A stretch of 64,000 nucleotides of DNA, filler included, from Sphacelaria rigidula (GCA_964200075.2; 10 parts of 10 records of this genome joined end to end with filler, not necessarily neighbours in it); one strand, 5' to 3'; positions 51,526 to 63,925 are shown, numbered from the whole stretch's first letter. The notes: a model not told the origin generated them from the sequence alone. Numbers and translations: made by a program.

Positions 51526-52182
51526 TGTTGCAAATAATCTAGACGGTACAGTCTACATGAGTTGTGTCTTGAATTGAGTTGTTGCAAAAACAGAAAATAG
51601 CGGCACAACCTGTTGCGGTTCAATGGAACTTCGAACGGTGTCGTACAGTTACATTGTATCTTTATACGAAGAGTACCTCTTCTGTGTGGATGGGACCTCC
51701 AGTAGGACACTGCTAGAGTAGGCGTATTGCCATGATTTGTCAATACTCTAGCGAGTATCCAGACCACGTAAGTTGTAGGATATCTTGGGTGGAAGGTTGC
51801 AGTTGATCTGAGCTGGCAAGGCTACCGCGTCAGAAATAGAGAGGTTGAATTGAATGATACGGTTAGACCTTATGGACGTTTAGAGTGTTTGATTCTTCTT
51901 CCAGGATTGAGCATGTTTGTAATCGGTGGTTCCTATCGCCCTTTTCAACCACTCTCCTCCACTACCTCCAGCTCTCTGCTTTAAGAAGAGGCTGTGTGTT
52001 CTGTTTTTCTTGGCCAGATGAAGAGCCCATCAACCATTTTGTCTCACTCATTTTTTTCTGCTGCAAAAGCAAGTGGTCTGACAATCACTGTGGACCCTCT
52101 GCCACACGAATGTCTTCGGGACAGTAGTCGGTCTGTTTTGAGAACAGTACAAACGTCACGAGCCACACACATATTTGCAACA
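51526..52182 (+). repeat. 5' LTR (657 bp) followed by the primer-binding site at 52183-52193
   Basis: 11-bp terminal inverted repeat TGTTGCAAATA...TATTTGCAACA; then GGTTTTGAGCC, resembling the copia-type GGTTATG(G/A)GCCC PBS; no second LTR to confirm. Confidence 0.65.
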
Positions 52183-52675
52183 GGTTTTGAGCCTTCGATT
52201 CGCGACCACGTAGTCCTTCAGGTCATCGGCCTTCGATTCGAGACTACGGCGGTCAGCACGAGCGAGGGGACGTCACTTCAAGGTTGTCTCAGCAGCATCA
52301 ATCAGAAGACCAAGAAATCAGATCCTTTCTAAGGATCTGCAGGTGTGAATAGAAAGTTTTTTTTTACAAATAAATCTTGAGGCAGATGAATACATCGGGA
52401 GAGCCATCTGTAACTCAACTCATCAGGATTCCCACAATTTCGACGGTACGAAATTCGTCGAGTGGACGCGCTCTACGCGCACGATAATTTCCTTAACTCA
52501 TCCGGGGATCTCCGATATCCTCAACGGGGTCGAACGCCCCCCGGAAATGTATGATGAAGGTTTTTGTGAGGTAGATCACCCACAACCAGCTGCCAGATCG
52601 ACATCAAGAACAAGCCCCATTGCGACCTGTTCCACAAGCCATCATAAGCCGCCCGCTCGTTCGCCGTGACCATCG

Positions 52676-53752
52676 GTGGAGGCAACCGCGGGGAGCGAGA
52701 TGACAGCAGCAGCGGGTGATACTGACACTGCTGGTGATCAAGCCCAACCTCCTGTTCGAGAAGTGTCTGATCTTCCCAGCGTGGACTTACATGTGAGACA
52801 GATTTTGAACACGGGTGAGATACAAGACTGGGACCAGTATAACGAACAGTTGTTCAATGTTCTGTACTTATCGACAACTGGTTCAGCGGCAAGTTATCTC
52901 CTGCGTCTTCAGCCGAAGGGTTCAGAGAAACCAAACGGCAAAAATGCGTGGGAAGGTTTGGAAGCCAAGTACCAAAATTCATTTCAGCAAAGACGCCGCC
53001 TACTGATGCGACAGCTGGACACCATGACCATGTCACCAGGACAAGACCCGGACGTTTTTCTAGCAAAACTATACCAGCTCCGAGACGAGCTCGTGCACAT
53101 TGGCGAGCCCATCTCCAACGAAAGACGCACTAATATCGTAGCCCAGGGTCTAACCAGCGAGTATGACCAAGTAAAATATAACGCAGAACGAGATCCAGAC
53201 TTGAGCATCGAGGAAATCGAAACTACCCTACGCAACATGTATGCCAGTAGACTGGTGAGGAAAGTAACCGCGAGCAGATCACTTGGCCGTAATTCTTCAA
53301 TGCTGGCGGCAGCAATGTCGACCTCCTCGAATAAACCCGTGAAATTTCGCGGAAAGTGCTTTTCATGCCGAGGAAGAGGTCACCACGCGCACGACCGCCG
53401 TTATAATGGGCAGTCAAACCACCAGAAGAGGTGTGTCAAATGGTGCAGTTTCGACCATACAGACAAACACGACGACTCTGAGTGTATAAACCAACTAAAC
53501 AACAGGAACGTGAACAACAACAATCAGCACCGTCGCAGTAGCCCCCGTCGTCGCAATAACAACAGCAACAGCATCAGCAACAACAACAACAACAACAACA
53601 ACAATAACAACAACGGCAGCAGCAGCAACACCTTCAATGGACATCGACCCCAAGCCAACACTGCCATCGCCGATCCAGCTTCCGCGGCAGTACCATCGAA
53701 TGACCAAGGCCAACATATTTCGACACCTTCGGCCGAAACTGTGCTTGACTGA
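52676..53752 (+). CDS. gag: copia gag (UBN2-type capsid region, degenerate zinc knuckle, poly-Asn tract)
   Basis: GKNAWEGLEAKY, MSPGQDPDVFL, GLTSEYDQV, CFSCRGRGHHAHDR; true start uncertain. Confidence 0.8.
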   Translation: MEATAGSEMTAAAGDTDTAGDQAQPPVREVSDLPSVDLHVRQILNTGEIQDWDQYNEQLFNVLYLSTTGSAASYLLRLQPKGSEKPNGKNAWEGLEAKYQNSFQQRRRLLMRQLDTMTMSPGQDPDVFLAKLYQLRDELVHIGEPISNERRTNIVAQGLTSEYDQVKYNAERDPDLSIEEIETTLRNMYASRLVRKVTASRSLGRNSSMLAAAMSTSSNKPVKFRGKCFSCRGRGHHAHDRRYNGQSNHQKRCVKWCSFDHTDKHDDSECINQLNNRNVNNNNQHRRSSPRRRNNNSNSISNNNNNNNNNNNNGSSSNTFNGHRPQANTAIADPASAAVPSNDQGQHISTPSAETVLD

Positions 53753-56700
53753 TGTCAACCACCGAACGGCGTGGGATTTTCCTTCCTTTCAGATTCTCAT
53801 GTCACTGACAAACACTGTACAGAAAGTCAAATCTCTTTTGAGATGGTAGTTGACAATGGCTCCAGCGGACATTTTTTGGATAATCAGCTATTGCCGAATA
53901 TCGAACGTGAAATGGTTGACTACGTCAAGCTCGATCCACCCATGAGTATCCTTACTGCTGGACGCCATCTACTATATGGTACGGGAAGAGGCGTTCTCAC
54001 CACCATCGTCACTGATTCCCAAGGGATCGAGCGTACTAGTCGGCTCCCTGCAGTAATTGTTTCAGGTCTCGGGAAACATTTGTTCTTGCCTATTGAAGCT
54101 CAAACGAAAGGCATATCGACATTTTTTTCCAGGAATTCTGATGTAGATTTTGGAACCTTCAAAGTGCCTATCAACAGTGGTCTCAGCGGAACACTTCTGT
54201 ACATCCACTTGAAGATTTCTCAGAAGCCAAGGATCAACAACTACAGCTCAGCACTGACGGCCACAACTATGTCAGGGGAACTTATGGGCATCGGCACTGT
54301 TCATGTAGCAGAAACAGTTCAAGACATGACCGACGATTCAACAGCCTTATCTACCACGGTGGGAGCAGACGTATGGCACAAGCGACTCGGACATCCTACG
54401 GAACAGGCCATGCGACGGCTTCAGAATTTCCCCCAAACAGGTGTGAGGTTTGAAGGATCACTATCGGCTTGTGAAACCTGCAAAATAGATAACAGGGTAC
54501 AGCAGGATCATCCCAAAACTGTAGACTCCACCAATGTTTCGGAGCGATTACAACTAGTCAGCACCGACCTGTCAGGACCCATTACACCTGCTGCAATGGG
54601 AGGCTATAGGTACATGGCAAAATTTACGGATTATCACACGCGGTTCAAGGTGGTATACTTTATTAAGACAAAGGACGAAACTCTCACTACGCTCTGCCGG
54701 TTCATCCAAGATCTACCTATTCCTTTAGGGCTCCGCGTACACCGCCCACGGTCTGACCGCGGGGGTGAATACATTGCGGACTACTTTAGAAGATTCTGCA
54801 AAACCACGAGTATTCTTCCAAGAATTTACTGCCCAATACACCCCTCAACAAAATGGCATTTCCGAGCGAGGCAGAAGAACTATCCTGAATATTACGCGCT
54901 GCCTCCTGAATGAAGCGAATTTGCCGAAGATTCTCCGGGGAAAGATTGCGGGAACTGCGGTCTTCTTGATCAACCGCTCGCCGCACACTAGCATCGGAGG
55001 AGACACCCCATACTATTGGATGTATCTCGAACACCCGAAACTGTCGTTTTGGAGAACCATCGGCTCAAGAGCGTTCGTGCACAAGGAACGCCATCAGAGT
55101 AAATTAGAGGAAAAATCTTGGGGAAGGAGTATTAATAGGATATGATTCTGATAGTCCATCTTACCGTGTCTACGACCGCTACTCCGGGAGGATATCGAGC
55201 TCCCGTAATGTCACTTTTATCGAGCAAGTAGTCGGAACTCCTCACAGTGAAGAAGGTTTTTCTGCACCGCACATCCTAGGGATCGACGATTTCGAAGATC
55301 ATCATCAACAACACGACGAGACCAGCAACTTCAATCTCAGCATCTACGATGGAATCGCCCAGCTCGAAGATAACATCATCATCGACACTTCACCGATCAA
55401 AGGTCAGCTAACCACTCCAATGAATTTACGCTCGTCCGGCGGTGTTAAACCCTCTACATCTGCACCGACCAATCAACGCCAAGTCAGAGAACTGCGGCGA
55501 CTACCTCTTACATCCACAGAGCTCTTGCACACCACTATAACACTCGAAACGGTATCCCAGTACATCGGAGCTGTTGACATCGAACAAGTTGTGCCACTCG
55601 CGTCTATTTCGGTTCCTGTTAATTATCGCCAAGCATCTTGTTCGCCTTATGCAAAAAGTGGAGGGCAGCAATGCTGGACGAACTTCAAAGCATTAAAGAT
55701 CATCAGGTGGCCGTCATCATACCGACCTCCTAACAACATCATCAGCACGAGATTGGTGTTCAAGGTCAAAGCTGACGGACGATTCAAAGCTCGACTGGTG
55801 GTCCAAGGGTAGGCTCAGAGGCATGAGCTCGACTGCGGAAGTACCTTCGCCCCTGTTTGCCGGCTAGAAAGCCAGCGATTGCCACTGGCAATGGCCACTG
55901 CAAAAAATTGGCCTATTCTAGCCCCGGATGTCCAAACAGCATTTCTCAACGGGAAGGTTCAAGAAACGGTGTTTTGCAAACAAGCGCCTGGCTTCGAAAC
56001 TCTTGACCCCACTACAGGAAAATCGCATGTGATGAAGCTCAGGAGGGGCCTTTATGGACTTCGTCAGAGTCCAAACGTGTGGAACTCTACGATCGACACC
56101 GAGTTGAAAAGACTAGGCTTTTCCGCCATAGCAAGTGACCCGTGTGTCTACACAAAAGGGTCCCATGGTAGTTTCATCATGCTGAAACTGTTTGTAGATG
56201 ACAAACTAATGGCAGGCCCATCTATCAACCCGCTCCACCAAGTACAAGATTTGCTGAAGACGAAGTTCTCCATCTCCGAGCTAGGACCGGTATCCCTTAT
56301 CCTTGGAATGGAGGTAATCAGAGATGAAGCACGAGGGACTCTAAAGCTATCGAAGCACAACTACGTCAAATCCCTAATTCTAAATTTGGGATGGTTTCAT
56401 CTAACCCGGTTCACACACCCGGGACCCCAGACCAACTGGTTGAAGACACACCCGAAGACAACTTCCTGGAGCTGTCAGATAAAACGAGGTATTCAGCCAT
56501 GGTCGGGAGCCTCATCTTTTTGGCGTAGAGCACAAGACTCGACATCGTATTTAGTGTTTCTCAAGTAGCACGTCATATGGGCAAGCCAAATATTCACCAC
56601 TCGGCTGTTGTTAACCCTTAGACCGCGAGCTTAGTTTTCTGTTGAATCGGCATCAATTTAAAGGGGGGAAAAGCATGCATGATCCAGAAAGACTAATCTC

Positions 56701-57355
56701 GCGGTCTAAGGGTTAAGACCGCGAGGTTAGTCTTCTGTTGAATCGGCATCAATTTCACTTGAAAAAAGTACGCATGATCCAGATAAGACTGCCCTCGTGG
56801 TTTAAGGGTTAAGCGTGTGTTTCGCTACTTGAAAGGAAAACCTGACCTTCCCCTTACTCAACCTCCGATAAGAGCTTGAATTTAATACGGTATTGCGATG
56901 CATCATATGGAAACTCAGGGATGCAGGGCAGACTGAGATCAACCACCGGCATAATGTTCTTCCTGGCGGGAGGACCTGTTCATTTCTCCTCGAGTCTACA
57001 ACGGATTACGGCTAATTCAACAACAGAGGCAGAGCTAATCGCTTTATCAAAGTGCGGAAAATTCGGGACGTATCTCTTCAACCTCCTACGAGAGCCTGGA
57101 TGGTCATCCATGGAACCTGCAACCATATAATCGGATTCTCAAGGAGCACTACAGCTTTCGTCAAACGCAAACTACAGTTCAAGCTCCAAACACCTCGCGA
57201 TTAGGTTCTTCAACTTAAAAGACATTATTAGGACGGGGCAACTGAAAATCAACCACGTACGCTCCGGACACCAGCTCGCAGATATCCTGACCAAATTCTG
57301 TGACAAGATCGTACATCAACGTCTACTCAAGGCAATAAGTGAAATGGGGAAATAA
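53753..57355 (+). pseudogene. pol: copia pol (protease, integrase, RT, RNase H) with frameshifts, stops and a MITE insertion
   Basis: MVVDNGSSGHF; WHKRLGH..CETC; TDLSGP, RSDRGGEY, TPQQNGISER; FKARLVVQG*, DVQTAFLNG, LYGLRQSP, LFVDD; YCDASY, STTEAELIAL, QLADILTK. Confidence 0.92.
56615..56808. mobile_element. Head-to-tail dimer of a ~98-bp piggyBac-type MITE inserted at TTAA in copia pol
   Basis: TIR CCCTTAGACCGCGAG; TTAA at 56611, 56713 and 56809; removal restores HSAVVKRVFRYLKG. Confidence 0.9.
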
Positions 57356-57602
57356 CAGGTATCACGGATGAATATCTATTGATCAGATATCTTTAACCCT
57401 CACCGGTACGTACGTATCGATCAAGGTGAAAAAAATGTTTCATGAGAGCCCAACCACATCACCTCACAATTTTTTTCCAACCACTACACATCCACTCCAA
57501 CATCGCCATCCGTCATCCCACTACACCTCCTACCTTGTCAATAATGAGTGGACGCGTATACAACCACCGCAACTCCAACTTCGCCGGAAGAGGACGGGCG
57601 AA

Positions 57603-57702
57603 NNNNNNNNNNNNNNNNNNNNNNNNNNNNNNNNNNNNNNNNNNNNTTAATTAATTAANNNNNNNNNNNNNNNNNNNNNNNNNNNNNNNNNNNNNNNNNN
57701 NN
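57603..57702. other. Artificial contig linker
   Basis: N44-TTAATTAATTAA-N44. Confidence 0.98.
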
Positions 57703-57784
57703 GCTTTGTAGGGATGCGAGGTCAATGGTCTGATGACTATGGCAAGCATGATCATGAGTACACCCCCCCCCATCGTCGCATGAT

Positions 57785-57984
57785 TCAAAGTTGTTTTTTC
57801 ACCGAGGATCCCAACATTTCGGTCATCGGAATCCATTTCGTATGGCTTGTAGTAGTTGTCAATAGCTACCAGCGAGTGAAGAAATGGACCATATTCCGAA
57901 GATTTCGCGTTGAACGAAGATTTCAATTCTCCGGGTTTTCATCCCCAATTAAAAATCCATCCCCAATTTGTGAAATCCCGTGTT
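57785..57984. mobile_element. Right arm of another AACACGGG-family palindromic MITE, preceded by a family A head (57703-57770, minus)
   Basis: Ends ATCCCGTGTT like 60900; collinear with 60728-60900. Confidence 0.8.
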
Positions 57985-60202
57985 ATAAGGCGACATGGAC
58001 CCAGGCACTCAACAGCACATGTCTCATGCCGATGCCTTTTGGTCTCCCAGGAAAATAATACGCTTGTAGTTGCCTGTGCCCCTGCAGACACATCAAGGTC
58101 AAGAAAAGATATACAAATGTTCTGGACTGGGATGGAGGACATTGTGAAGCGAATTCCCTACGAGCACCATCTCACCTGTTTATTTCTGCGGACACTGCCG
58201 CTGGGATTGGAGTCAGAACAAGCGAGGAGCGCAAAATAGTGCGGGCATACGGGCGGGATCCCTGATCCAACAACAGTATCGGCACCTCTCCACTACAGTT
58301 TGGAGGTGACAACAGACTTGCCCTGGTCAACACATATTTCCCACCCCAAAGGGAAATAGATCGCGTGCGCTCAACGGTATTACGAATCGTCTCGCGAACA
58401 AGGACGTTACGGCTGTACTCTCACACGGCAAGATCACTACAGGCTTGTTCGCAATATCACCGTCCACCTTTGATCACCCGAGTTACAGCGGGCCAGAATA
58501 TCATGTGCACCTCAATGCTTCTCCTTGAGCGCTTCGCATACAATATGCCTATGCGAATCCCAATTGGGCACAAACCGATCGACAGGCGGGCATATCTGAC
58601 ACCGATGGACGTGAGAACTCTACCCAGCTTATCATCAGTCAGTACACGGGCTACGAACTTTGCCGACGTACTCCCGAGTGTCGTTGACAAAGTGGTGGCA
58701 CGCCTGACCCGGAGGCCACGTATACCCGAGTGGTTCGAGTTTGCTGCCATGCAAGCGGGGTTCAAACACGTCTGGAATGAGAGGAAAAGGGCGAGATCGA
58801 TGGTGCGACTGAGACTATCGAGAGTTTAACCCGCGTGGCGCACACTGCGAGCAGCGTGCAAAAAGGTCAAAGAGGTGATCCACGTTCCGGGGGACAGTTA
58901 CCTGGATGTGTATACTAGAGAGTTGGAGGAGTATATTCGAAGTGGACACATGAGAGCATAGTGTAGACATACCAAATCAGGGTGGAGGCTGTCGGGGCGA
59001 CAAGTAGAAAGCGAGCAGTACATCCGAGACGAGGACGGGAACATATTGCGAAGCAAAGGTTAAATCGATGATTGATGGCAACGGTGCTTCTCCACATTAC
59101 GGGACACCATATCGGCAACCAACGACCGAGCCGTCATAGAGCATATTGCGCAACGACCGATAGCGCTGTCACTCGGAGAACCGCCAAGCACTGGTTATGC
59201 TGAAAAGGCGTTGAGAGCATGTCGAACGGCAAAACGACGGGTCCAGAAGGTCTACCTGCTGAAATACTAAGGCTTGGACTGAACGGGGAGGCGTCGGAAA
59301 TTCTGTACCACTTCCACAGCATCGTCGCTGCGGTCTGGACGTCTGGAGAGGTGCCGCAGGAATAGAAAGATGTCACTATCAAAGTGCTGCACAGCAAGAA
59401 GAAGGATAGGACCGAGTGTGGTATAACTACAGGGGCACTTCACTCGTGGTACATGCAGCTACAGCCCTTCTCAAAATCGCATTTCTGTCAGGAAACAGAT
59501 GTCTTCCCTGAAGAGCAGTGCGGATTTAGGCGCCGACGGTCGACCACCGACATGATGTTTGTAGTGGGCCGACTACAAGAGTTGGGACGGGCGAGAAATG
59601 TCGCACTAAACATGTGCTTCATCGATCTGCAACCCTACGATTCCGTAGACGGCACGCTTCTGTGAGAAGTGCTTGCTCGGTTCGGAGTCCTGCCGTGATT
59701 GATCACGATCATCCATATGTATCACGATAGATAGCACACGAACTCAGGTACAGCTGAATTGTGGCGAACTATTAGCGTGGTTACACGTCTGCCAGAGACT
59801 TAGACAAGGTTGCGTTTCGTCCCCGCTGTTGTTCAACATCTCGGCGTAACCTTGGTCGACGTGATCGTACAGCGGTTTACAGCCGACCCAGTCATCATTT
59901 CACACTTGGTTTTGGGTGATGCGCCAAAGGGTGACAATGGTAAAACTCCTGAAAGAGACGCCGCCAGAGAAAGTACGGCGCGCGGTGTGGACAATATTTC
60001 ACGCGGGTGACGCCTCCATAGTCTCGAGGGCCTCAGACGGCCTTGCTAGAATAATGACCGTGGTAGTGGTGACCTGCCAGGAGTTCGGATTGATGTTTTC
60101 GGAGAGCAAGACAAAGTCCATGCGCCTGCGGTCAGTATCCAGCTACACAGAGACCGCCCTGCACATCAGTACGGTCTATCGACGGTATGAACAGACGACT
60201 AA

Positions 60203-60900
60203 AACACGGGATTTTACAAATTGGGGGTGGATCTTTTATTGGGGATGAAAACCCGGAGAATTAAAATCTTTGTATCCACACCAAATCTTCGTTTCTTCGT
60301 CGAAGTGCTTCCATATCTTCACTTGCTGGTAGCCCTTGAAAACTACTACACGCCACACAAATTTGGATTTCGATAACCGAAATATCGGGGTCCTAGGTGA
60401 GAAACCAATTTTGGCGTCCGATCGGACACGAACAATCCCCCAAAATTGGTTTTTTACCTAGGATCCCGACATTTGACACTTCCTACGATAGCCCTCCCCC
60501 CAAAAGTGCATGGTTTTGGGAGGCAAAATCTTTACGCCAATCGAAATGGGAAAGGCCGAGCACAACGAGAAGCTGGGCGTTCCCACGCTTGGGTGGGTTC
60601 GTTCTAGCCAATCTCGCCAATATGAGGCGCTTCATGCAGCCTGAACCCGAACATCAGGCGCTGTATGGCCATTTTTTTCGTGCCACATTTAGCTGGTTTT
60701 GAGGGGGGGGCTATCGTAGAAAGTGTCATTTCGGTTGTCGAAATCCAAATTTGTATGGCGTGTAGTAGTTGTCAATAGCTACCAACAAGTGAAGAAATGG
60801 AAGCATACTTCGAAGATTTGGTGTGGACTCGAAGATTATCAATTCTCCGGGTTTTCACCCCCGATACAAGATCCATCCTCAGTTTGTAAGATCCCGTGTT
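60203..60900. mobile_element. Palindromic MITE (441 bp without the nested element) inserted in the LINE RT, 4-bp TSD CTAA
   Basis: Ends AACACGGGAT...ATCCCGTGTT; CTAA at 60199-60202 and 60901-60904; removal rejoins YEQTTK to the YLGG region. Confidence 0.88.
60475..60727. mobile_element. 253-bp MITE nested in the palindromic MITE, 4-bp TSD ATTT
   Basis: TIR GACACTT(C/T)CTACGATAGCCC; ATTT at 60471-60474 and 60728-60731; empty site CAACATTTCGG at ~57812. Confidence 0.88.
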
Positions 60901-62446
60901 CTAAGTTGGTCTGTCTACCTTGGTGGTGCTGTCGTGGATGTGAAAATATACATCGAAATCAACCGTCGTATCAGCGCGGTGTGGACATGTCTCCGAAAGT
61001 ACACTTCCCAACTCTACGGTCGACCCAACGTTCAGCTATCCTTGAACGTCCGGCTGCTTAAGGTGGAGATGGTGGAAGCTCTGGTGTACGGATGTGCCAC
61101 ATGGCCGCCAGGTTCCGAGGATTCGATAGTCTGCCCACTGCCCATCACCAGCCTTTTCTACTAATGGTTTGATTCCGCAGTAAAGATCGAACGGGCAACC
61201 AGACCTGTACAGCACTGTGCTCGAGATGTCGAACTGCAAACGTATCGAGACGACTATCTATAAGCGTCGACTCTCGTTCGCGAGGGCCTTATCCTGCAGA
61301 ACGAAACACGCCTTCGAAAGCATCATGCACGCACGGTCAGCCGCACAAGGGCACAAGGAAGTTGGCCGGCCGCCTATACACTGGGAGGGAAAATCTCCAG
61401 GAGAACCTACGTACACTAGGAGCTGCTCTGCAAAAGGAACACGACGGAAATCGTTCGTCTACAGTGTAGCGATTAACAACGCACACAATTGGGCCACTGC
61501 GGCGAAGAACACGGGCGAATGGAATGTTGGAGCCACGAAAGGGACGGAAGAGTTCGAGGACACGTGGCGACGCGAAGACAAACGAGAATTAGACCGCCGC
61601 CACAAGTGAGAGGCTGCTTCGTCGGGAGCCACCAATCAGCAACTACCCTCGCTACCACAACAACAGCAACAGCTCCCGAAGAATGCAAGATGGGAATCAC
61701 CGAGAGAATGACCCGTTTTGTACCCGACTAGGGATGAATGCGAGAAATTGGGCTAACACGGGAACTGATGTACCCCTGTCTTTCCCCACCGGTTGTTGAC
61801 TTTGTCCCTCGTCGGTGGCTCTGCGATGCCCCCTGGCGTATCTTTGTACTTGCTCTGCTGTACTGTGCCCTTGCGGTTTCATCACTGGTGTAGTCTACTT
61901 CTTCTCTGTTCTCTCTTTCCGCCCCCCGTCTCTTTCTCTATCTTTCCATCTGTTTTCTTTACTCCCGGTGTATGCAACAGGCACTTTGGTGCCTTGCTTC
62001 CGTAGCGTTCGTGGATGAGTGCTTCATATCCACAGTACTGAGATTGAAGCAGATGGAGGCCATGTTTTCTGATTGGGTATGGGTGTGTGTGTTTCTTCGC
62101 ACAAGAATCTTTCCACCGAAGGCATGTTGCGGAGGCCGGCCATGTCAAGCATTTTTATTGTTGTTTTCGTTTTGTCATCATCTATATTTTTCTTAGTCTA
62201 CTCTGTTTGTCTGCTCTATGCTTGCTCAGCCGTTTTCTTTTTGATTTTTCTTCAGCAAGTGCTTCCATTTTGTTTTCATCTTGGGTATACGTCTTTCATC
62301 TTACTATCATATGACCACTCCTGGATCCCTGGCAGATTAGTCAAGGTGCGACAATCAATCAATGGAATTGCGCGACCATTAGTCGTCGTGCAACCGTCCG
62401 GTCAAGCCCCCCGCCGGCAAATACAGCAAATAAATAGTGAACAGTT

Positions 62447-63925
62447 CACATCCTGGACAATAGACGGCATCTATTGCAATAACAATAGAATCTGTTGCAG
62501 TAGATGCCGATATTGTCGTCCGTAATGGCCATCGATGGTCAAGTTTATCTTTTTATTGTCGTTGACGATGCCTACCAATAGATCGGCTTCCCCCACTCTT
62601 ATCTGAGCAGCGGTCTGCTGTGGCTCTACACCGAGATCTATTGCGGCCGACCAAATGCATCGATCAATAGCTTTCCAAATCTATTGATGACGGCAATGGC
62701 TATCGATAGACCGCGTGCCAAATCTATTGATGGCGACGATGGCTATTGACAGATTGTACACCAAATCTATTGATGACGGCGATAGCTATTGATAGATTGC
62801 GTATAAATCAATGCACGGCGGCAATGAGTATCGATAGAGACATACCAGAATCCTCTGTGGTATACAATGCCTACCGATATTCTCTGTCGTCTATTGCCAC
62901 ACCTACATCGCAACATACGACGTATAGACCATATTAAACTCCGTTAGGGTACAGTAGAGAAGCCGCAGGTGGACATGCAGTGGGTATATAATGATACTAC
63001 TTGTGAATATATGACACGACGTCTCTACAATGTCGGAACGCCTGTATTTTGTAATAATCCGCAATGTGTGTGGACAAAAGTTTACAACTTTTGTTATTGG
63101 TGTGGTGTCAGTACTTATGGTTGTCCCTCTGATGGGCATAAGCGCTTACAGTACTTTTGCGTGTGGGTGAGATGTGCTTATACCCTGGACAATAGACTAT
63201 GTAATGGAACATTGGCGCCACAATAGCCCCGAAAATGTGTCTGTCAATGTTCATCGTCGGTCATAATCGACATGCATCAAAGCCTATCAATAGCTATTGT
63301 AGGCAACAATAGATTCACGACAAGGGACAGAATGTATCATTATCGTGACAATGGAGGGGTCAAGTTGTCTATCGATACATTGTATTTGTTGCAACAGGCT
63401 CTGAATCGTGGCCACCAATGTATATTACCGACCACAATAGGATCTGCCACGCGGCCAGCAATACATATTGTTGGTCACAATAGGATATCAATTGAGCCCA
63501 CCAATGTCTATTGAGGGTCACAATAGAATCTGAATGTCGGCCACCAATGTCTACCGCTGGTCACAATGTAATCTGAATCGCGGCCTCTAATATCTATTGT
63601 TGACCACAAAAGTAGCTGAATGGCGTTGATCACTAGCGCCATGTATGCACATATTTCGCTGTATATTCCCACCTTATTCCACAGAAGCTATGGCCAGCTA
63701 TCGCCTCAGGTCGTTGCGTATTCATGTGTAAGGGGTATTGCCATTGATGTCATGAGACCACTGCAGTGAGCAATCGTTTTTTCAAATCCTATCGTTGGCG
63801 TCACTGGCTATCGGTAGGTGCTCCCGAGAAAAATCCATTGTTGACGGCAATGTCCATATTGGTAGATACCAAAGAATGCATTGTTGGCGGCAGAGGCTAC
63901 CGATAGACGGCTAACCAAGTCTATT
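62447..63925. repeat. CTATTG/CAATAG-rich arrays (~42-bp units) following CAC/TAC-N-CTGGACAATAGAC element ends
   Basis: Ends at 62447 and ~63179; tandem units at ~62676-62800 and ~63400-63620. Confidence 0.6.

Larger units (their letters stand above)
51526..57355 (+). mobile_element. Degenerate Ty1/copia LTR retrotransposon (3' LTR not on contig)
   Basis: LTR plus PBS followed by gag-PR-IN-RT-RH in copia order. Confidence 0.93.
57985..62363 (+). mobile_element. Degenerate RTE-like non-LTR retrotransposon (AP-endonuclease remnant, RT, 3' UTR, (CAAT)n tail)
   Basis: VVACAP..FW; SGEVPQE*KDVTIKVLH; PEEQCGFRRRRSTTDMMF; CFIDL..YDSVD; LRQG; HAGD at the YADD position; FGLMFSESKTKSM; YLGG; EINRRI..W; ALVYGCATW; many stops and frameshifts. 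Confidence 0.88.

Noticed and set aside
53747..53770. Programmed gag-pol stop-codon readthrough
   Set aside because: The TGA is in frame, but the context TGA-TGTCAA lacks the CARYYA signal and the element has many other disabling mutations.
57710..57770. Hammerhead ribozyme in the family A head (CTGATGA)
   Set aside because: No GAAA core or stem II after CTGATGA, and the motif is not kept in other copies; I also could not build a convincing HDV-like fold by eye.
63400..63620. CRISPR-like array of ~42-bp units
   Set aside because: Units are degenerate tandem copies without unique spacers; no cas genes; eukaryotic context.
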